In this document: positions 42,136 to 52,062 of the stretch, piece after piece
Layout of the letters: each line of letters begins with the position of its first letter
How positions within the stretch are numbered: the first letter of the stretch is position 1
NCBI GenBank assembly: GCA_046483985.1
Contig: JAWOCD010000111.1
Span: 13,521 to 77,520, forward strand
Source of the DNA: Promethearchaeia archaeon
GTDB lineage: Archaea; Asgardarchaeota; Lokiarchaeia; Sigyniarchaeales; SOKP01
Reading direction: 5' to 3'
Length of the DNA: 64,000 nucleotides
Notes under the pieces: generated by a model
Database searches by the model: none
What the model was told of the DNA's origin: nothing
The model's input: the letters and a program-made list of their open reading frames with translations, nothing else
Program-made: the position numbers and the translations under genes

Positions 42136-42185
42136 AAGAATTTAGATTAATTTAAAGTTGAGTATTATAAAGTAGTTTCACATTA

Positions 42186-43022
42186 TTACCAAAAAGGGTA
42201 ATTTGCTTGAATTCCGTTTTGCATTATTGCTTCAACATTGAAGTAAAGTACGAAAATAGTCGATAAAAGCATTGCAAGCAATAGCGGATAATAACGGAGG
42301 TCTATCTTTTTGACAATTATTACCATCGTAGCAAGTACGACAAAGATTATTTGTATAAGGAGGATAAGAAAGCCGCTCTTACTTGAATTAGCAACATCAC
42401 CATTAAGTATACTTATTTCGTATGCAAGGATAAAGACGAAAATATATTCATCAAGGACCATTTTGGTCCTGGGGTCTATGAGAAGCTCAGCAAAGATTCC
42501 CAGGATTAAGTAGCCAAAATAGGTTACTTGAATAAGGTTATGACCAAGTATCTCGTCCAAATACCATGCATATATAAACATCTCCCTATATTCACTGTCT
42601 AATGCTGCGGAAGCATCTAATGCATCTAGAGCATTTACATATTCCATCCCTAAGTGAAATACATGGCCAATACAATTGAAGATGATAAAAATAACTACTC
42701 CGATTTCAATCGCGAACACAAAATACTGATTATTTCCCTCTTCTTTTTCCACACGCCCTAAGAGCCATTTCATTAAAACATAATAAATAATCCCAAATAT
42801 GGGACCTAAGAAGAGAGGTTGGAGAAACCGATACCCCGTGCGAATCGAAAAAAATTGAAACTCATCGGAATATGGAATATCTAATCCGACTTGAAAAGTG
42901 CCACGGATCATCCATCTGGTGATATAGACTCCTACACCTAAGGAAATAAGAAATATGGCGGCGAACCAGATTCCAATATGATAGCGTTTTAGACGTTTCT
43001 TAATTGTTTCAATAATCGTCAT
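42186..43022 (-). CDS. Hypothetical multi-pass membrane protein (His-containing TMs)
   Basis: About 7 TMs; GHVFH and DEILGH motifs suggest intramembrane metal binding; AGGTG SD before ATG 43022. Confidence 0.78.
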   Translation of the reverse strand: MTIIETIKKRLKRYHIGIWFAAIFLISLGVGVYITRWMIRGTFQVGLDIPYSDEFQFFSIRTGYRFLQPLFLGPIFGIIYYVLMKWLLGRVEKEEGNNQYFVFAIEIGVVIFIIFNCIGHVFHLGMEYVNALDALDASAALDSEYREMFIYAWYLDEILGHNLIQVTYFGYLILGIFAELLIDPRTKMVLDEYIFVFILAYEISILNGDVANSSKSGFLILLIQIIFVVLATMVIIVKKIDLRYYPLLLAMLLSTIFVLYFNVEAIMQNGIQANYPFW

Positions 43023-43400
43023 CTGAACTATGAGCACCTTTTAAACAAAGAAAACATATACATGTAATTATAAAACTTCTAATATAAAGTTTCTCTGGGT
43101 TATATTCGTTTCAAACTAAAATGTTTAGATTATTTTATATCCAAAAAATCCAAATAATTTGCTGGGCAATTCTATGATTCTCCTATTGTTTCCAAAAATT
43201 GCATAAGGGGTGTTTGGAGCATCTAATTTTACAAATTAAATATAAGAGTTTCAAAAAATTCAAGCAAACTTAAAAGCATTTCTTTAAATTTAGAACTGCT
43301 TCTATTTTTTAAAACTACTGCCGTTTACCGTGATCTTCAATCAGTGATCCTTTGATGATTTGTCGGGCTGTCCCGAAATGTCCAGATTTTTTCTGACTCG

Positions 43401-43452
43401 TTTTTGTATACAATCGATAATTATATAAATACCTTTTTGTATATATTACATA
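43401..43452 (+). promoter_or_regulatory. TA operon promoter with putative operators
   Basis: TTTTTGTATA at 43401 and 43434 flanking TTATATAAA; first copy contains palindrome TTGTATACAA. Confidence 0.6.
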
Positions 43453-43959
43453 ATGCGATGGATTTTGGATGCATGCACTTTGATTTATCTTGTTAAAACC
43501 AATTTATTTGAGAATTTTGTTGATTTAATAGATTATCCTCTCATAATTGATTCAAGTGTGCATGAGGAAGTGGTTCTTAACGGAAAACGGCACAACTATA
43601 CGTATGCTTTTGAAGCGGAAAAACTGCTAAAGCAATTCCGAATTCCTGTGATTCCAATTGATGTTTCTAAGTATTTGATTTTATTTCGAGATGCCGGAGA
43701 AACAAGTTGTTATATCTTGGCTAAAGAAGAAGGGATTTGCCTTACATCTGATGAAAGGGCATACAAAAAATTTCTTAAACACGGAAAAAAGGTCATCCGA
43801 TTGGATACTTTCTATTTCAGAAAATGTGTTGAGGGACGATTAACAAAACAAGAGTTTATGAACGCATTGAACCGATTAGAATCCGTGAATGCAACAAAAC
43901 CTAAATCTATTTTATTCTTTATGAAAAAATTAGAAAATCAAATGGAGGTTAAGAAATAA
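43453..43959 (+). CDS. PIN-domain (VapC/DUF3368-like) toxin
   Basis: WILDACTLI, VHEEV, DAGETS, LTSDER acidic PIN residues. Confidence 0.85.
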   Translation: MRWILDACTLIYLVKTNLFENFVDLIDYPLIIDSSVHEEVVLNGKRHNYTYAFEAEKLLKQFRIPVIPIDVSKYLILFRDAGETSCYILAKEEGICLTSDERAYKKFLKHGKKVIRLDTFYFRKCVEGRLTKQEFMNALNRLESVNATKPKSILFFMKKLENQMEVKK

Positions 43960-43962
43960 AAA

Positions 43963-44298
43963 ATGACCGATGTCATATCGACTCGCCTAGATGAAAAAGA
44001 AGTTGAAGAATTAAATAAAATATGTGAAAAAGAACGACTGGATCGGTCGGCACTTATACGAAAATTTCTTTTGAATCAAATGAAAGAATATCGTATGAAA
44101 GAAGCTGGCAAGAAATACAGAAAAGGATTGGTCAGCTTAGCTGAAGCGGCTACACTGGCAAAAGTATCGATTTATGAAATGATGGAATATATTGATCGGG
44201 AGCGGCTGAAACCCCCTTCATTATCAAAAGAGGAATTGGAAACAGAGTTAAAAAACTCCGAAGCATTATTTGCGAAGATGGAAAAGAACAAGGATTAA
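43963..44298 (+). CDS. RHH plus UPF0175 antitoxin
   Basis: VISTRL...DRSALIRK ribbon-helix-helix, YRKGLVSLAEAATLAKVS UPF0175 HTH. Confidence 0.85.
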   Translation: MTDVISTRLDEKEVEELNKICEKERLDRSALIRKFLLNQMKEYRMKEAGKKYRKGLVSLAEAATLAKVSIYEMMEYIDRERLKPPSLSKEELETELKNSEALFAKMEKNKD

Positions 44299-44404
44299 TC
44301 AGTTATCCCGATATTTTTAAGGGCATATTCTTTTTTAGACATAATTTCAAGTTATATTTGGTAATTAAGGGGAGGGGGGTTGGAAATAATGGCGGGGCGT
44401 TTCC

Positions 44405-44680
44405 ATGAAAAAACGACTTGATCATCCCGTTGATTTCGGCATACGGAAAATTGTTCCCGGAATCTTTGTCTGTTTTACTCGGTGCGATGTATTACCAAAA
44501 CACGAGCCAGAGAAAAACAAGGTCTTAAGGAAGAGGATATCAAAAATAAAAGAGGTTTTCAAAGCCCAACAAAGGACGATACTTGAGGTTTTTTCCACAT
44601 ATACCGGGGATAATCAAGAGACGCAGATGCACAATAGCCGCTTTTTTTTCACTTTGTCGAAACTTATAGCTGAAAATTAG
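44405..44680 (+). pseudogene. Possible C-terminal remnant of a small GTPase-like protein
   Basis: IFVCFTRCD and EVFSTYTGDN loosely resemble G4/G5 regions; no P-loop. Confidence 0.25.
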
Positions 44681-44759
44681 AGATCTCTGATAATTTGTCT
44701 TTTATTGTTATCGGTTGTATCTTAGCCGTCAGATGTTATAATAGACACAAGAGTAATAG

Positions 44760-44816
44760 TGTGTATAGCACATTAGGGAGCACGAATCCACCGCCCTTTA
44801 GGGCGTGGTAGTTCAA
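44760..44816 (+). mobile_element. IS200/IS605-type right end (family B, best copy)
   Basis: ACATTAGGGAGCACGAATCCACCGCCCTTTAGGGCGTGGTAGTTCAA: hairpin plus TCAA terminus. Confidence 0.78.
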
Positions 44817-44907
44817 GCTCGTCCTTATGGATTAAAAATCTAAAAAATAAGAATTTATTAATCCAAGTAGTTTCTATTATAGTAAAAGATCATAAAATTA
44901 GGATATA

Positions 44908-45327
44908 ATGTATTCAGAAGAGATCATTTCATTAGTAAAAGAACGAGTAAGCAAATTCGAGGAAATAATTGCTGTATATTTATTTGGGTCATTTCTATCC
45001 AGTGAAGAATATGAGGACATCGACATTGGCATCCTTCTCGACGATACATTTGAGCCTAATTATATGTATGAAATAAAGATACAGAGAATTTTAGAAAAGC
45101 TGCTTAGAGCGAAATTGGATGTACATAAAACAGTAGACATCCATATTCTCAATCATCAAAATGTTCGATTTCTTTATGGAATACTGGGAAATTCTAAATT
45201 AATCTTATCTAAGAATGAAACAAAAAGAGCTAAATTCGAAGCTCGAGTGATTACCCATTATTTAGATATGAAACCGTTCTATGAATATTTCGACAATATG
45301 AGGAGATTAAGGTATGGACATCGATGA
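44908..45327 (+). CDS. MNT (MntA-like) nucleotidyltransferase antitoxin
   Basis: VYLFGS...EDIDIG, VDIHILN, YLDMKP. Confidence 0.9.
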   Translation: MYSEEIISLVKERVSKFEEIIAVYLFGSFLSSEEYEDIDIGILLDDTFEPNYMYEIKIQRILEKLLRAKLDVHKTVDIHILNHQNVRFLYGILGNSKLILSKNETKRAKFEARVITHYLDMKPFYEYFDNMRRLRYGHR

Positions 45328-45730
45328 AAATCTTATCCAAGGAAAATTTGACATTATTGAACGGAACCTAAAGTTTCTCAATGAATTTAAGTCCTTAACC
45401 GATAAAGAATTTACAAAAAGCTACAAGGATGTTCAAGCTGCGAAATATTCTTTATTAGAAATAATTGAATCTTGTATAGATATTGCAGCGCATCTCATTT
45501 CAGTTTCTAATTTAGAAAGGCCGAAGACATATGCTGAGATGTTTAAACTTCTAGGAGAAAATGAAATAATAAACTTAAGTCTGAGTCAAAATTTATCAAA
45601 TATGGCTAGGTTCAGGAACCTTTTAGTGCACAGTTATGGAAAAATAGATAATTCTAAAGTCTTAAAATATATTAAAAATGATTTGGATAAAATTACTGAA
45701 TATATAAAAAACATTCTAAACCTTATTTAA
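45314..45730 (+). CDS. HEPN (DUF86/HepT-like) RNase toxin
   Basis: IESCIDIA, MARFRNLLVHSY RX4HXY motif; overlaps the MNT gene. Confidence 0.92.
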   Translation: MDIDENLIQGKFDIIERNLKFLNEFKSLTDKEFTKSYKDVQAAKYSLLEIIESCIDIAAHLISVSNLERPKTYAEMFKLLGENEIINLSLSQNLSNMARFRNLLVHSYGKIDNSKVLKYIKNDLDKITEYIKNILNLI

Positions 45731-46045
45731 ATTATAAATATTTTCCTTTCTTCTTCTATTCTTCTGTATCCTCAGTATACTCAAGACTAAAAGGTATTCG
45801 ATATTCCCTTTTTTTCCTGATATAATCTCCTAAGAATCCCTCCATCATAGGGACAATAACAAAAAAGAAAATTAATGAAAAAACCTCCCCTAAGAGTGCG
45901 GTGGCAAGGGGACTATTTGTGATGCCGATTATAATGGCGGTGCCGAAAAAAACAGATAAAAAAAACCATTTGCACTTGCACTGCAGAGATCTGCATTCTC
46001 CTGCTTTAACCAGATTTAGCCACACCCGCACGAGAATTGATGGAA

Positions 46046-46072
46046 TGCTTCTGGGGAGATTTGAACCCCCGT
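46046..46072 (-). other. tRNA 3'-end relic (T-arm plus acceptor strand), att-like
   Basis: Minus strand ACGGGGG-TTCAAAT-CTCCC-CAGAAGC-A; no matching 5' half seen nearby. Confidence 0.6.
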
Positions 46073-46234
46073 TAAATATTATTTACCTGAACCTGAAAAT
46101 TATAAAAACCGAATTCGAATCACAGATGGCGGAAGTCTTCAAAACCTTAAATTGAAGGATCCTAATGAAACATCAATTACGTTCCAATTGGTAATGAAGA
46201 ACATTCCATTTTTAATGTATCCATTGATGAAAAG

Positions 46235-46284
46235 TGTTATTTTATCAATTGTGTCTAATGTCTGTTATTTTATCAATTGTGTCT
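46235..46284. repeat. Tandem 22-bp direct repeat (period 28)
   Basis: TGTTATTTTATCAATTGTGTCT at 46235-46256 and 46263-46284. Confidence 0.85.
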
Positions 46285-46474
46285 GATCGAGTCATTATTA
46301 GCTGGATTAGTGGTTGTCTCTTCATTTCCGGGAATTATTCAATTAGTCATGCGATTTGTTCTTAATTCTGATTCTATACCAATTCTCTGGGGGTTATTTA
46401 GCTATATTCCAGTTATTTTTATAATCATTATATTGACAATAAAATTTGCTTGGGAACAGCGTAGATCTAATTAA
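46277..46474 (+). pseudogene. Two-TM membrane protein fragment
   Basis: Hydrophobic ORF whose 5' end lies in the tandem duplication. Confidence 0.3.
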
Positions 46475-46637
46475 AGTGATAAGACCTTTTTTTATTTATC
46501 TTTCGAAATTCTCGTGGTCAATATCATTAAAGACGATTTAATCCTTTCTCTCTCATTAGATTTATGATTGCAAGCGCATGCATATTACTCTTAAATCTTT
46601 TATTTATACGCCATTTTTTTAAAAAGAAATTATTAAA

Positions 46638-46682
46638 TACTAATCTAAATTAGTACTAATTATGATTAGTACTTTTATTGAT
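46638..46682 (+). repeat. Double palindrome TACTAAT-N4-ATTAGTA x2 over the ATPase start
   Basis: TACTAATctaaATTAGTACTAATtatgATTAGTActtttattgat; second copy at 48034-48075. Confidence 0.8.
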
Positions 46683-48035
46683 CGAGAAGATGAATTATCT
46701 CTTCTCCAAAGAGAATGGGCATCCGACAAAGCAAGTTTAATCATTCTTCATGGACGGCGGAGAATTGGAAAAACACGGTTATTAATGGAATTTTATAAAG
46801 ACAAACCCGGCATATTTTATATGGCAGAACAAGCATCAAAACTAATTCAAATCAACGGTCTCAAGCAGAAGATGGCAAATTTTTTAAATGATAATCTGCT
46901 TGAATCCTTGGAAATCAAGGAGTGGAATCAACTGTTTGAATATTTTGGCAAAAATGCCCCCAACGAGCGTTTTTATCTCGTAGTGGACGAATTTACATAT
47001 TTAATAGAGACCGAAAAGCGTATCGTAAGCATTCTGCAAAAACATTGGGACCTCTCATTCTCTGGAAGTAAAATCCAGATCATTTTATCGGGGTCCTTAC
47101 TGGGGTTGATGAATGAACAAGTGCTCTCTCAAAGATCCCCTTTATATGGAAGGAGAACCCGTGATATTCTATTAGGGTCATTAGAATTTCGAGATGCAGC
47201 TCAATTTTTATCCATGGATTCAGAAGAGCAGCTCAAAACCTACTTGATAATTGGTGGAATTCCCGAATATTTGCTAAAAGCATCAAGTTATAAAAGTCTT
47301 AGTGCGTTTTTGAGTCAAGAATTTTTCCATAAACAAGGCTACTTTTTCCGAGAACCATATTACATCCTTTCTCAGGAAATACGCAAACTCAAGATTTACT
47401 TTTCAATATTAAATGCCATCGCCTTTGGCAATACGCGCCCAACACGCATCGCCAATTTTGTGGGAATCCGCAGTAGAGAAATATACCCCTACCTGGATAC
47501 TCTCATTCGTTTAGGATTTATTGAACGAGAAACACCGATTCTTCTCAGCTCAAACCGTGGCATCTATCTCATAAAGGATGACGTGTTTGATTTCTGGTTT
47601 AATTTTATCTTCAATCATCGTGAGAAAATTGAACGAAACGCCTTTATGCCCCCTCATGAGATACTTTCTCCATTCTTTGGTAAGAAATATGAACGATTTT
47701 GCCGAAAGGAATTTATACCCCGTATCTTTTCTGACTATACTCAAATTGGACGGTGGTGGTATAAAGACAAAGAAATTGATATTGTTGGCGTCGACAAAGA
47801 ACAAGAAGAGATTTTGTTTATCGAATGCAAATGGAGTGAGTTGAAAGAAAGAGATATTGAAGATATTCTACAAGATCTAAAAGAGAAAGCAAAATCTGTA
47901 CAATGGAAGAATACCACTCGTTCAGAAACATACGGAGTACTTGGAAGGGAGATAAAGGAAAAAGAAGAATTGGGGGATAAAGGCGTTCTATTGTTTGATC
48001 TTAGAGATATTATAGAGAATGGAGAAGGAAAATAA
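46662..48035 (+). CDS. Archaeal ATPase (ATPase_2) with wHTH and DUF234 PD-(D/E)xK domain
   Basis: FIDREDEL, HGRRRIGKT, VVDEF, LSGS, SPLYGRRT, GGIPEYL, GRWW..EIDIV..IECKW. Confidence 0.92.
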   Translation: MISTFIDREDELSLLQREWASDKASLIILHGRRRIGKTRLLMEFYKDKPGIFYMAEQASKLIQINGLKQKMANFLNDNLLESLEIKEWNQLFEYFGKNAPNERFYLVVDEFTYLIETEKRIVSILQKHWDLSFSGSKIQIILSGSLLGLMNEQVLSQRSPLYGRRTRDILLGSLEFRDAAQFLSMDSEEQLKTYLIIGGIPEYLLKASSYKSLSAFLSQEFFHKQGYFFREPYYILSQEIRKLKIYFSILNAIAFGNTRPTRIANFVGIRSREIYPYLDTLIRLGFIERETPILLSSNRGIYLIKDDVFDFWFNFIFNHREKIERNAFMPPHEILSPFFGKKYERFCRKEFIPRIFSDYTQIGRWWYKDKEIDIVGVDKEQEEILFIECKWSELKERDIEDILQDLKEKAKSVQWKNTTRSETYGVLGREIKEKEELGDKGVLLFDLRDIIENGEGK

Positions 48036-48075
48036 TTAATTGAGATTAGTACTAATTATAATTAGTTTTATTGAT
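48034..48075 (+). repeat. Downstream copy of the double palindrome
   Basis: AATTAATtgagATTAGTACTAATtataATTAGTtttattgat immediately after the ATPase stop. Confidence 0.8.
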
Positions 48076-48376
48076 ATATGATTCCCAAATGATTTTGAAA
48101 ATATAGATTTAAAATACAACGTCATAAATCGCTCCCCTTTCTCGATCTATTTCCCGAGAGGGTCAGCGAGACAAATATCTATGTCGCCGGAAGTTTTATA
48201 TCTCACATTCACTATTAAGGTATTATAACCTAATTACCCTAAGACCTAAATTTGATACCAACAAATTTTTTATAAAATAAACTTTTTTTAACAAATATAA
48301 TAATTAAATTAACTTTAGATAAATTATTTTTCAGCAAGTTTAATGTTAAGAAAAAAAACCTTAGTAAGGAATTATC

Positions 48377-48805
48377 ATGACAGAAAGTGAAGAATTTAAC
48401 CCTTATATTTTAGGAATCTGCTGTAATTGGTGTACATATGCAGGGGCTGATCAAGCCGGTACGTCAAGAATGCAACGGCCCGCAAACCTTCGTATCATGC
48501 GAGTCATGTGCGGAGGTCGTGTAGAACCCTCTTTTGTTTTAGATGCCCTTAAAAATGGCGCTGATGGAGTACTCGTATCCCATTGTCACCCAGGAGATTG
48601 CCATTATGTCGAAGGAAATCTAAAAACGATCAGGAAAATCCCCATGCTCCATAGAATGCTGGAGCAATTTGGAATCAATCCGAAACGGGTAAAATACACC
48701 TTCGTGTCCGCATCAGAAGGAGCCGAATTGACCGAGATTGTAAAAGAATTTGTTGCAGAGTTAAAGGAAATAGGTCCAAATCCAATTGTAAATCCGGAGG
48801 CGTAA
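48377..48805 (+). CDS. mvhD: Hydrogenase/Hdr iron-sulfur subunit MvhD (Cys form)
   Basis: CCNWCTYAGAD, RVMCGGRV, CHPGDCHY, SASEG. Confidence 0.95.
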   Translation: MTESEEFNPYILGICCNWCTYAGADQAGTSRMQRPANLRIMRVMCGGRVEPSFVLDALKNGADGVLVSHCHPGDCHYVEGNLKTIRKIPMLHRMLEQFGINPKRVKYTFVSASEGAELTEIVKEFVAELKEIGPNPIVNPEA

Positions 48806-48811
48806 GAGTAA

Positions 48812-49072
48812 ATGCAAATATTTGACCTAAAAATTAACCACAATCTCTGTACAGGCTGCAATATATGTGTCGTGAGCTGTCCTATAAATTTTACCCATTT
48901 GAAAAAGGACGGCAAATTGACCGAAGAAAATGCCGTAATTTTGGTGCAAAACGGTATTGCCCATCCAATATATGATGAAGATCGAAGTTATAACTGTGAT
49001 GGATGCGGAATCTGTATCAAGTCTTGTCCGCAAGAAGCTATGCAAATCAAAGTATTGGAAGTTAAAGAATAA
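48812..49072 (+). CDS. fwdG: FwdG-like 2[4Fe-4S] ferredoxin
   Basis: 86 aa, CTGCNICVVSCPIN...ILVQNG...CDGCGICIKSCP, same layout as FwdG. Confidence 0.7.
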   Translation: MQIFDLKINHNLCTGCNICVVSCPINFTHLKKDGKLTEENAVILVQNGIAHPIYDEDRSYNCDGCGICIKSCPQEAMQIKVLEVKE

Positions 49073-49115
49073 AGAGATATCTTTTTCTTTTCCCTTTTTT
49101 TACCCAAAAAGTTGA

Positions 49116-49352
49116 TATTTACATTCCAATTCATTCAAAAGCTATCATAAAGAATTTAATAAAATTGAAGGGCCAATATTTCTAGATGCGCAAAATCTGA
49201 CGGACACAACTTACCGAATCGCGGATTTAAATCCAGGTACCTATTATTATGCAGTTCTTGCCAAAAAAGAGGGAGGGAACCGCCTTTCAAATTGTCTAAG
49301 GATTCAAGTTATATCGAAGAAGATGATTATTTATTATGTTATTTTAACATAA
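49116..49352 (+). pseudogene. Fibronectin-III/Ig-like domain shard
   Basis: NLTDTTYRIADLNPGTYYYAVLAKKEGGNRLSNCLRIQV; bounded by stops, no 5' start codon. Confidence 0.65.
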
Positions 49353-49591
49353 TAAACTTATTTTAGAGAACCAAACAAGAAAATCCAGAAAACACGAATG
49401 AACAAGAAAAATTTTTCTTATTAAATTGAAATTATCTAATGGTATTCGTCTTTATTTCCATAATTCGAATGGAGTTCATTATAACTGATGTCTAATTGCT
49501 ACAAATAATTATCTATAATAAGTTTTTTAAATTTCTTTACTTTTTCCAATCTAAGTAAGATGAGATATACACGAAGGTAATAAATAAACCG

Positions 49592-50314
49592 ATGTTTCCC
49601 AAAACCCATAGGAAATTAGAAGATAATTTAGAGAAGACCAGTATTTCATTTTTGAAAGAAAATCTTGAGTTAGTTCTGGATAAGAAGAAATGCGTTGGCT
49701 GTGGAACATGCGAGCGTGCGTGCCCAAAGGAGGCCATAGTAAAAAAAGAATTAGATGAGCCGGTGAGAGTAAATCAAAAGCAAATTATTCGCAAGGTCAA
49801 ACATTTCTTGATCCCGAATGTACACGACCCAGAAAAGTGTGTCTATTGTGGTGTATGCACGTACGTCTGTCCCTTTAACGCTCTCACACTCAAGATTAAC
49901 GGCGAAAAGATTGAGCCCGAGCATCTCCCATTAGTTGAGGAGCATGCGCTCCCGAAAATCGATTATGAAGAGGTCACACTTGATTCGGGGGAAAAAGTTA
50001 AAAAATATGCAAGCGGCTCATTAACCATTAACGTGGAAAAATGCGCAGGAGGATGTTCCAATTGTGCTGATGTCTGTCCCAGTGGAGCAATTACGGTTGC
50101 TGACGAAAAATTTCAACCAGAAAACAAATGGGAATCTAATGTTGTCCTAGAATTGCGGGAGGATAAGTGCGTTTTTTGCGGAGCGTGTCATAACGCATGC
50201 CCGACGGGTGCGTTACAGCTCGATATTAATGAAATTTATTTTTCAGGCAATTACAATAGCCCTTTCTGGGATAATATCATGGGTCGGCTAAAACTGAAGG
50301 AAAGGAAGGATTAA
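49592..50314 (+). CDS. FwdF-like polyferredoxin (4 clusters), paralog 1
   Basis: Four CxxCxxCxxxCP-type motifs; colinear with 56178-56882. Confidence 0.85.
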   Translation: MFPKTHRKLEDNLEKTSISFLKENLELVLDKKKCVGCGTCERACPKEAIVKKELDEPVRVNQKQIIRKVKHFLIPNVHDPEKCVYCGVCTYVCPFNALTLKINGEKIEPEHLPLVEEHALPKIDYEEVTLDSGEKVKKYASGSLTINVEKCAGGCSNCADVCPSGAITVADEKFQPENKWESNVVLELREDKCVFCGACHNACPTGALQLDINEIYFSGNYNSPFWDNIMGRLKLKERKD

Positions 50315-50405
50315 CGATTATAAAACAAAAAATCTCTGGGAGATCAGTAAGGCAATTTATCCTAAGATAAAGCTCTTTAAGATTTGCAGGGTTCCCGATG
50401 AAATC

Positions 50406-51785
50406 CTATAGAGTGGGAACATCTAAAGATTTTAAATGCGACCATTTAATTCTGATTAAAACTGCGATAGATCCGATTATTAATAGGATCGTATAAGCGA
50501 TAAGTAAATACCAGTTAGCAAAAGACATCTCCATATTGTAGGAGACCATATACCCCAAGAGCACCAGAATGGCTTGACCCACGATAAATCTTAGCAGCGG
50601 TTTTTTAATATTTGTCCGCTCATCCCCTACTTGGAAGGGATCCTTGTTAGCTTTATTAACGTGATAGAGAAAATATACTAAACATAACGTAATAAAAGGT
50701 AGAAAAATGATCAAACGCCACGGGTCTTTCCAACTGAACTTACCGATAAAACCTCCGATTCCATTATAAATTGACCAGCCCAATGCAGTAGCCATTGCAA
50801 ATTCCACCCCAATGAGCTTTTCTGCATTTGGATGTTTAGAAAAAGGCTGCTCTCGTATCAATGTAATCTCTTTTTTCTTAAAGGGTCGATTATAAAGATA
50901 ATATGCCAATCCAAACGAAGCACCTCCCCAAAAACCAATACTCATCTCCCAATTCTTCCACCATGGAAGGTTTAAATCCGAGAATTGGGGACCGTAATGC
51001 CAAAAGGCAGAAACTGAAAACGCTAACGCAAAACCTAAGGCTACTGTCAAGGTTAAAATGACGCCACGCCATTCTTTTCGAATTACTTCATAGAGAAATA
51101 GTCCCAAAAATATCCCTAAGAGTGTCATGGAACTCAGCGAGGTCGATATAGTTCTTTCGCAGTCGGGACAGGTTGCTAAATTGGTATAATCCACGCGATT
51201 ATATGCGGGATTAATCCATTCGGGAAAGAAATAAGTGATAAAATAACCAACCAGTGCACCCGCTACGGCGAAAAGTATTCGAAATATCCAATCCTTTAAT
51301 TCAGTTGGCTTCTTCGATCCTGTCCATGCCAAAAAAAGTCCGCCCATTCCACCCCAAGCAAGACCGCATTGAAATAACCAAACATAACCTACCAAAGGAT
51401 TCAAGGGAATGCAATTTTCTGGATAACTCAAGCAAAATTCTCCCTTAATCCACGTCATAAACTGACCATATCCATGGAGCCCACCGAGTCCAATTCCAAG
51501 CGTAATAGCAGCAATCACCCATCCCGAGCTGTAAGGTCTTTTCTTCCTTTCTGAACTTTCATAAGAAAGAAAGTACCATATCAATGCCCATCCGATCCCA
51601 GCAAATACTGCTCCAGATGAACCTCCATATCCTCCTGTACCTCGAATTGCCCAATAAAATGCCCCAAAAGTGCTAAAAATCACTACAGGAATTAAAAATT
51701 CGTAGATTAGGCTTCCTCTATCTTTTCGTAATTCTAAGTTGAGAAAAGAATCATCTTTTTTCGGGGTAGATTCAGATTCACTCAT
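50406..51785 (-). CDS. Gly-rich polytopic membrane protein of unknown function
   Basis: About 12 TMs, WAIRGTGGYGG, WWKNWEMSIGFWGG, extramembrane CPDC. Confidence 0.8.
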   Translation of the reverse strand: MSESESTPKKDDSFLNLELRKDRGSLIYEFLIPVVIFSTFGAFYWAIRGTGGYGGSSGAVFAGIGWALIWYFLSYESSERKKRPYSSGWVIAAITLGIGLGGLHGYGQFMTWIKGEFCLSYPENCIPLNPLVGYVWLFQCGLAWGGMGGLFLAWTGSKKPTELKDWIFRILFAVAGALVGYFITYFFPEWINPAYNRVDYTNLATCPDCERTISTSLSSMTLLGIFLGLFLYEVIRKEWRGVILTLTVALGFALAFSVSAFWHYGPQFSDLNLPWWKNWEMSIGFWGGASFGLAYYLYNRPFKKKEITLIREQPFSKHPNAEKLIGVEFAMATALGWSIYNGIGGFIGKFSWKDPWRLIIFLPFITLCLVYFLYHVNKANKDPFQVGDERTNIKKPLLRFIVGQAILVLLGYMVSYNMEMSFANWYLLIAYTILLIIGSIAVLIRIKWSHLKSLDVPTL

Positions 51786-52062
51786 AAGAGTATTTCAAGG
51801 TTTAAATATATAAATTTTAGCGATTTTGTTGATATTTTTGAGGATGCCAAATTTTTAGGAAGAAACGTCATAGAAGGATGGATAATAAGAATTCCAATCC
51901 CTACAAAAAATAAATCTTCCAGTAGAAAAAGAATTGTCTACATATTTTAAACCAAAGAATCTATTTTGCGTTGAGGTTTATTTGGAAATCTATAAATTTT
52001 AATAAGATTCATTAAATCTTGCTAATATCCAAGGATTGGGGACATAATGCTGGCATCCGTTT

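Noticed and set aside
45756-46155. ORFs 45756-46031 (-) and 45901-46155 (+) as intact genes
   Set aside because: Overlapping, weak starts; the minus ORF looks like a membrane-protein fragment joined to unrelated sequence beside the tRNA relic
51842-52058. MITE bounded by GGATGCCA / TGGCATCC
   Set aside because: Only 8-bp inverted match, no target duplication, no second copy
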